This document shows, one piece after another, positions 59,309-64,000 of a stretch of 64,000 bases of DNA. A program made the translations under genes and the position numbers. Source of the stretch: Candidatus Oxydemutatoraceae bacterium (GTDB lineage Bacteria; Pseudomonadota; Gammaproteobacteria; Poriferisulfidales; Oxydemutatoraceae); contig CBDCOZ010000003.1 in assembly GCA_965220085.1 (NCBI GenBank), positions 544,001 through 608,000 on the forward strand, given 5' to 3'. The notes below the pieces were generated by a model. The model saw only the letters and a list, made by a program, of their open reading frames with translations. It was not told where the DNA came from and ran no database searches. The stretch's first letter is position 1. Every line of letters begins with the position of its first letter.

Positions 59309-60211
59309 TTACAGCTTTTCGCTCCACTTGAGTTTTGTTCTCAGGGTGCCGAAGTAGTCGTGACTGGAAGGCTGTATCAGTGTCAATTTGTTTTTGAACG
59401 GTTTGATGACCAGCCTGTCCCCGGGCATCAGATCGCGGGTCAGTTGCCCGTCTATGGCGACCACCGCATCGCTGCGCGGTTCGTGGTTGACCTTGACTTC
59501 GATGACTTTGTGCCAATCTACGACGATCGGGCGGTTGCTCAGCGTGTGCGGGCAGATGGGCACTAACAAGGTCGCTTCCATCGTCGGCTCAAGCAGCGGC
59601 CCGCCGCTGGAGAGCGCATAGGCGGTGGAGCCGGTGGGCGTTGCGATGATCAGGCCGTCCGACCAGACCGTATTCAAGAACACATCGTCCACTGTGGTGT
59701 CGAGTTCGACCATCCGTACCGTGTCTTTGTTGCGAATGGCGACATCGTTACAAGCGACAAATTGCCCCAGACATGTGTCCTCTCTCCTATGCTGGGTTGC
59801 CAGCATCGCTCTTTTTTCAAGTTTGTAGTGTCCGGCGAATATCTGATCTAATTCGGTCTCAAAATTATTGGGCGTGATTTCCACCAGAAACCCGAGCCGC
59901 CCCAAGTTGATACCGATGACGGGCGTATCCTCTTCGGCACACGCGCGGCTGACTTTCAACAGGGTGCCGTCGCCGCCTATTACGATGATCAGGTCGCAGA
60001 GGCCGGCAATATCATCGTAGGCGACGATGTTTGCCCGTATGCCGTCAAACGCATCTTTGTCTTCTTCGCAGACGGCGAGGGCGCCGAAACGGCGGCTGAG
60101 GTATGTGCCAATCTGTTGCGCAACCTGATTGACCTCGTTGTCGGTATCGCTGCTCTTATCGCTATGCTTTAGAATCAGACCGACTTTTTTTATTTGTTCA
60201 ATGCTTTTCAT
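59309..60211 (-). CDS. nadK: NAD kinase
   Basis: GGDGT, GRLGFL and TPTGSTAYALS motifs. Confidence 0.95.
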   Translation of the reverse strand: MKSIEQIKKVGLILKHSDKSSDTDNEVNQVAQQIGTYLSRRFGALAVCEEDKDAFDGIRANIVAYDDIAGLCDLIIVIGGDGTLLKVSRACAEEDTPVIGINLGRLGFLVEITPNNFETELDQIFAGHYKLEKRAMLATQHRREDTCLGQFVACNDVAIRNKDTVRMVELDTTVDDVFLNTVWSDGLIIATPTGSTAYALSSGGPLLEPTMEATLLVPICPHTLSNRPIVVDWHKVIEVKVNHEPRSDAVVAIDGQLTRDLMPGDRLVIKPFKNKLTLIQPSSHDYFGTLRTKLKWSEKL

Positions 60212-60286
60212 GTTTATCAGTATAATATCCGACCGAAATAACTCTATTAAAAACATTTTATATTAATTTCATCTCGGCAGAGAATC

Positions 60287-60883
60287 ATGACTACCAATGG
60301 CGCAGACCCTGCGGAAGGGGCGAAGAACGAAGACGATAAGCAGGCGCAAGGGGAGCAAGCCGCCGGCGGCTCGCCGCAACAAGCGGCGCCCGCCGACGAT
60401 GCGCAAAAACGATTTGAGGAGGCGGCGCGTCGCGCCGATGACAACTGGGAGAAGTTTGTGCGCGCTCAGGCCGAGGTTGAGAATATGCGCAAACGAACCG
60501 TTCGCGATGTCGAGCAGGCGCGGCTGTATGCGATAGAAAAGTTTGTATCGGAGATACTGGCGGTAAAAGACAGTTTGGAATTGGGTTTGGAGAAACCGGA
60601 TTCGAACAGGGAAAAATTATACGAGGGCGTAGCGCTCACCCTGAAGCTTTTGAATCAGATATTTGAGAAGTTTGAAATCAAGGAGATTGTTCCTCAGGGC
60701 GAGGCGTTTAATCCGGACGAGCACCAGGCGATGCTGACACAAGCGGATTCCGGTCAGGCGCCCGGTACCGTGCTGGAGGTCGTACAGAAGGGATACTCGC
60801 TGAGCGGTCGTCTGTTGCGACCGGCGCTGGTGAATGTGGCGGACAAGGCCGATAAGGCCAATCAGGACGGGTCGCCCCGATAA
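60287..60883 (+). CDS. grpE: Nucleotide exchange factor GrpE
   Basis: AEVENMRKR, FNPDEHQAM and QKGYSL.GRLLRPA motifs. Confidence 0.96.
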   Translation: MTTNGADPAEGAKNEDDKQAQGEQAAGGSPQQAAPADDAQKRFEEAARRADDNWEKFVRAQAEVENMRKRTVRDVEQARLYAIEKFVSEILAVKDSLELGLEKPDSNREKLYEGVALTLKLLNQIFEKFEIKEIVPQGEAFNPDEHQAMLTQADSGQAPGTVLEVVQKGYSLSGRLLRPALVNVADKADKANQDGSPR

Positions 60884-60957
60884 GGCTGTTTTGCAGGCCA
60901 ATTTTTCTTTGAGATAACCCGAAACAAAGGCAAAACGGGCAAAATCGGAAATAAGAA

Positions 60958-60983
60958 CTTGCGCAATGGCTTTTCGCCCATAT
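60958..60983 (+). promoter_or_regulatory. Possible sigma32-type promoter of dnaK
   Basis: CTTGCG-N12-GCCCATAT, weak match to CTTGAA/CCCCATNT. Confidence 0.3.
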
Positions 60984-61023
60984 ATAACCGCAAATAACCT
61001 TATGTGGAGGCATAACTGAAACA

Positions 61024-62970
61024 ATGAGCAAAATCATAGGCATAGATTTGGGCACGACTAATTCGTGTGTGGCGGTGATGGATGGCGACACCCCCAGAGT
61101 CATCGAGAACAGCGAAGGCGACCGCACGACGGCTTCGGTCGTCGCTTTCGCGGAAGGAAAAGACAACGAGGTGCTGGTCGGCCAATCCGCCCGCCGGCAG
61201 GCGGTGACGAATCCTGAGAATACGTTATTCGCGATCAAGCGCTTGATCGGGCGGCGTTATGACGAAGAAGCGGTGCAGAAGGACATCAAGTTGGTGCCGT
61301 ACAAAATCATCAAGGCCGATAACGGCGACGCATGGATTAGCCCTCTGGGCAAGAAGATGGCTCCGCCGGAGATATCGGCGCGCATCTTGATGAAGATGAA
61401 GAAGACCGCGGAAGACTATCTCGGCGAGGAGGTCACGCAAGCGGTCGTTACGGTGCCCGCATATTTTAATGACTCGCAACGTCAGGCGACCAAAGATGCG
61501 GGTGAGATTGCCGGCCTCGATGTCAAGCGCATCATCAACGAGCCGACCGCCGCCGCCTTGGCTTACGGGCTGGATAAGAAGGAAGGAGACAAGAAAATCG
61601 CGGTGTTTGATCTCGGCGGAGGCACGTTTGATATTTCTATCATTGAGGTGGCCGCGGTTGACGGCGAACATCAGTTTGAGGTTCTGGCGACCAGCGGCGA
61701 TACCTTTTTGGGCGGCGAAGATTTTGACACCTGTGTAATTAATTACCTGGCGGACGAATTCAAGAAGCAGGAAGGGTTTGATCTGCACAGCGACCCGCTC
61801 GCTTTGCAGCGCCTGAAGGAAGCGGCCGAGAAAGCCAAGATAGAGTTGTCTTCAAATCAGCAGACCGACATTAACTTGCCGTACATTACCGCCGACCAAT
61901 CCGGCCCCAAGCATCTCAATATGAAGTTGACCAGAGCCAAGTTGGAAACTCTGGTCGAGCATCTGGCGGATAAGACTTTGGAGCCGTGCCGACAGGCATT
62001 GGACGGCGCCAAGATCAAAGCGTCCGACATCGATGAGGTGATTCTCGTCGGCGGGCAGACGCGGATGCCGAAGGTGCAGGAAAAAGTGAAGGAATTTTTC
62101 CGTACCGAGCCGCGCAAAGACATCAACCCCGACGAAGCGGTCGCCATGGGCGCTGCGATTCAGGGCGGCGTGCTCGGCGGCGGTGTCAAGGATGTGTTGC
62201 TTCTCGATGTCGCGCCGTTATCGCTCGGCATTGAGACGCTGGGCGGCGTGATGACCAAACTGATTGAGAAGAATACGACGATTCCGACCAATGCGTCGCA
62301 GGTGTTTTCCACCGCGGAGGACAACCAACCCGCGGTGACGGTGCATGTCTTGCAGGGCGAGCGCGACCGCGCCGAAGCCAATAAGTCGCTCGGACGTTTT
62401 GATCTGGCCAATATCCAACCGGCGCCGCGCGGGGTGCCGCAAATTGAAGTCGCTTTTGACATAGATGCCGATGGCATTCTGAATGTGTCGGCAAAGGACA
62501 AGGCGACCGGCAAGGAGCAGTCTATTATCATCAAGGCTTCCAGCGGCTTGTCCAAGGAGGAGATAGGGCAGATGGTGGCGGATGCCGAAAAGCACGCTTC
62601 CGAAGACAAGGCCTTTCAGGAGTTGGTCGGTGTGCGCAATCAGGCGGAGGCGCTGGCGCATGCGACTGAGAAATCGCTTACGGAACTGGGCGAGAAAGTG
62701 GAAGGGGAAGAGCGGGCATCCATTGAGGCGGCGGTTTCCGATTTGAAAGAAGCTATCAAGCAAGACGACAAGGGGCTGATTGAGAAAAAAATCAACGCGC
62801 TGGGCGAAGTGTCGGGTAAGTTGAGCGAGCGCGTCTATGCCGAGCAACAGGCGAATCAAAGCGATGCCCAAGCGGCGGACAAAGCGGGCGACGCTGCGGC
62901 TGCCGACAGTTTTGACGATGCGGCGGATGCCGAGTTTGAGGAAGTCAAAGGGTCGGACGACAAAAAGTAA
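61024..62970 (+). CDS. dnaK: Chaperone DnaK
   Basis: [17 protein letters not shown] and LVGGQTRMP motifs. Confidence 0.98.
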   Translation: MSKIIGIDLGTTNSCVAVMDGDTPRVIENSEGDRTTASVVAFAEGKDNEVLVGQSARRQAVTNPENTLFAIKRLIGRRYDEEAVQKDIKLVPYKIIKADNGDAWISPLGKKMAPPEISARILMKMKKTAEDYLGEEVTQAVVTVPAYFNDSQRQATKDAGEIAGLDVKRIINEPTAAALAYGLDKKEGDKKIAVFDLGGGTFDISIIEVAAVDGEHQFEVLATSGDTFLGGEDFDTCVINYLADEFKKQEGFDLHSDPLALQRLKEAAEKAKIELSSNQQTDINLPYITADQSGPKHLNMKLTRAKLETLVEHLADKTLEPCRQALDGAKIKASDIDEVILVGGQTRMPKVQEKVKEFFRTEPRKDINPDEAVAMGAAIQGGVLGGGVKDVLLLDVAPLSLGIETLGGVMTKLIEKNTTIPTNASQVFSTAEDNQPAVTVHVLQGERDRAEANKSLGRFDLANIQPAPRGVPQIEVAFDIDADGILNVSAKDKATGKEQSIIIKASSGLSKEEIGQMVADAEKHASEDKAFQELVGVRNQAEALAHATEKSLTELGEKVEGEERASIEAAVSDLKEAIKQDDKGLIEKKINALGEVSGKLSERVYAEQQANQSDAQAADKAGDAAAADSFDDAADAEFEEVKGSDDKK

Positions 62971-63011
62971 TATGGCGGACGGCAGTCGGTCGGGCTATAT
63001 TGCATTATGAG

Positions 63012-64000
63012 ATGGCGGAGAAAGACTATTACGAAGCGCTTGGGCTGACACGTCAGGCAAGCAATCAGGATATTCGCAACGCGTATCGCCGTCTGGCGAT
63101 GAAATATCACCCCGACCGGAATGCGCAGGATAAAGCGGCGGAGAAAAAGTTCAAGGAAGTAAAACAAGCCTATGAGGTGCTGTCCGATGAGCAAAAGCGC
63201 GCTGCCTATGACCGATTCGGACACGAGCAATTCAGCGCCGGCATGGGCGGCGCCGACATGGGCGCGGGCGCCGCGCATTTTCAAGACATCTTTGGCGACC
63301 TCTTTGAGGACTTCTTCGGCGGCGGCGGCGCTGCTTCCGGCAGAGGCGCGCGGCGACGCGCCGCACACGGGCGGGATATTGAATACCCGATAGAACTGAC
63401 GCTGGAAGAAGCCGCTTTCGGCGCTGAGAAAACCATCGAAGTGACTTCTATGCAGTCCTGCGGGCGTTGCGGCGGAACAGGAGCCGAACCCGGCAGCGGC
63501 AAGAAAACATGCCCTGCGTGTCACGGAGCGGGGCAAGTGCGGATACAACAGGGCTTCTTTTCCGTTCAGCAAACATGTCCGCAATGCCACGGTACGGGCG
63601 AGGTAATTGAAAAACCGTGCGGCGACTGTCGCGGAACAGGACGGGCGCGGGAGACAAAAACATTGTCGGTCAAGATACCGGCCGGTATCGACGAAAGAAA
63701 GCATATTTCTCTGCGCGGCGAAGGCGAGGCCGGTTCCGGCGGCGGCGCGCCCGGCGATCTCTACATCAGGGTGCGGATAAAACCGCACAAGATATTTAAC
63801 CGCCAAAAGAATAATTTGTTGGTCGAAGTGCCTGTCTCGTTTGCGACAGCGACACTTGGCGGCAAGGTGGATGTGCCGTCATTGAGCGGAGGCATAAGGC
63901 TGACGATTCCGCCGGGCACGCAGAGCGGCAAGCAGTTCAGGATGCGCGGCAAAGGCATTAGGTCTTTGGATGGCTATCCCGGCGACTTGATCTGTCGGGT
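63012..64000 (+). CDS. dnaJ: Chaperone DnaJ, runs off the window end
   Basis: [20 protein letters not shown]-rich region, CxxCxGxG repeats. Confidence 0.96.
   Translation, partial: MAEKDYYEALGLTRQASNQDIRNAYRRLAMKYHPDRNAQDKAAEKKFKEVKQAYEVLSDEQKRAAYDRFGHEQFSAGMGGADMGAGAAHFQDIFGDLFEDFFGGGGAASGRGARRRAAHGRDIEYPIELTLEEAAFGAEKTIEVTSMQSCGRCGGTGAEPGSGKKTCPACHGAGQVRIQQGFFSVQQTCPQCHGTGEVIEKPCGDCRGTGRARETKTLSVKIPAGIDERKHISLRGEGEAGSGGGAPGDLYIRVRIKPHKIFNRQKNNLLVEVPVSFATATLGGKVDVPSLSGGIRLTIPPGTQSGKQFRMRGKGIRSLDGYPGDLICR

Noticed and set aside
1-64000. tRNA, rRNA or riboswitch genes
   Set aside because: None recognised by eye; a covariance-model scan would be needed to exclude small RNAs.

Overview
GC-rich gammaproteobacterial chromosome segment, probably a host-associated sulfur oxidiser (inference from SoeABC and the Ig/cadherin-like adhesins). 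Most of it is core genes: rodZ-hisS-yfgM-bamB-der, a divergent pilM/N-O-P-Q-pilB cluster, orn, nadB/degP, tkt-gap-pgk-pyk-class I fba, hpf-ptsN-hprK-EIIA-HPr-EI-mgtE, fpr, soeABC-ugd, pal-like, bamE/fur, recN-nadK and grpE-dnaK-dnaJ. There are two accessory regions. (1) 1-9.6 kb: surface-glycan genes with IS481 and IS1595 remnants. (2) 38.1-46.3 kb: three tandem Sec-signal adhesin-like genes plus a fourth remnant, all ending in the C-terminal peptide RLRLFLEGPLR-stop. The first gene is frameshifted at a C20 tract (candidate phase variation), and a DUF4928-like + m5C-methyltransferase cassette sits between 147-bp direct repeats that include the motif codons. This tagged, shuffled adhesin array is the best candidate for an undescribed system. 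Also notable: a dispersed AT-rich CACAAACA repeat/palindrome family (4 loci, two inside dead IS481 copies, one touching the fur start), several regulators missing from their usual positions (rpoE-rseABC, rpoN, rapZ, hrcA), and several apparently leaderless genes. All family calls are motif recognition by eye; no database searches were run.
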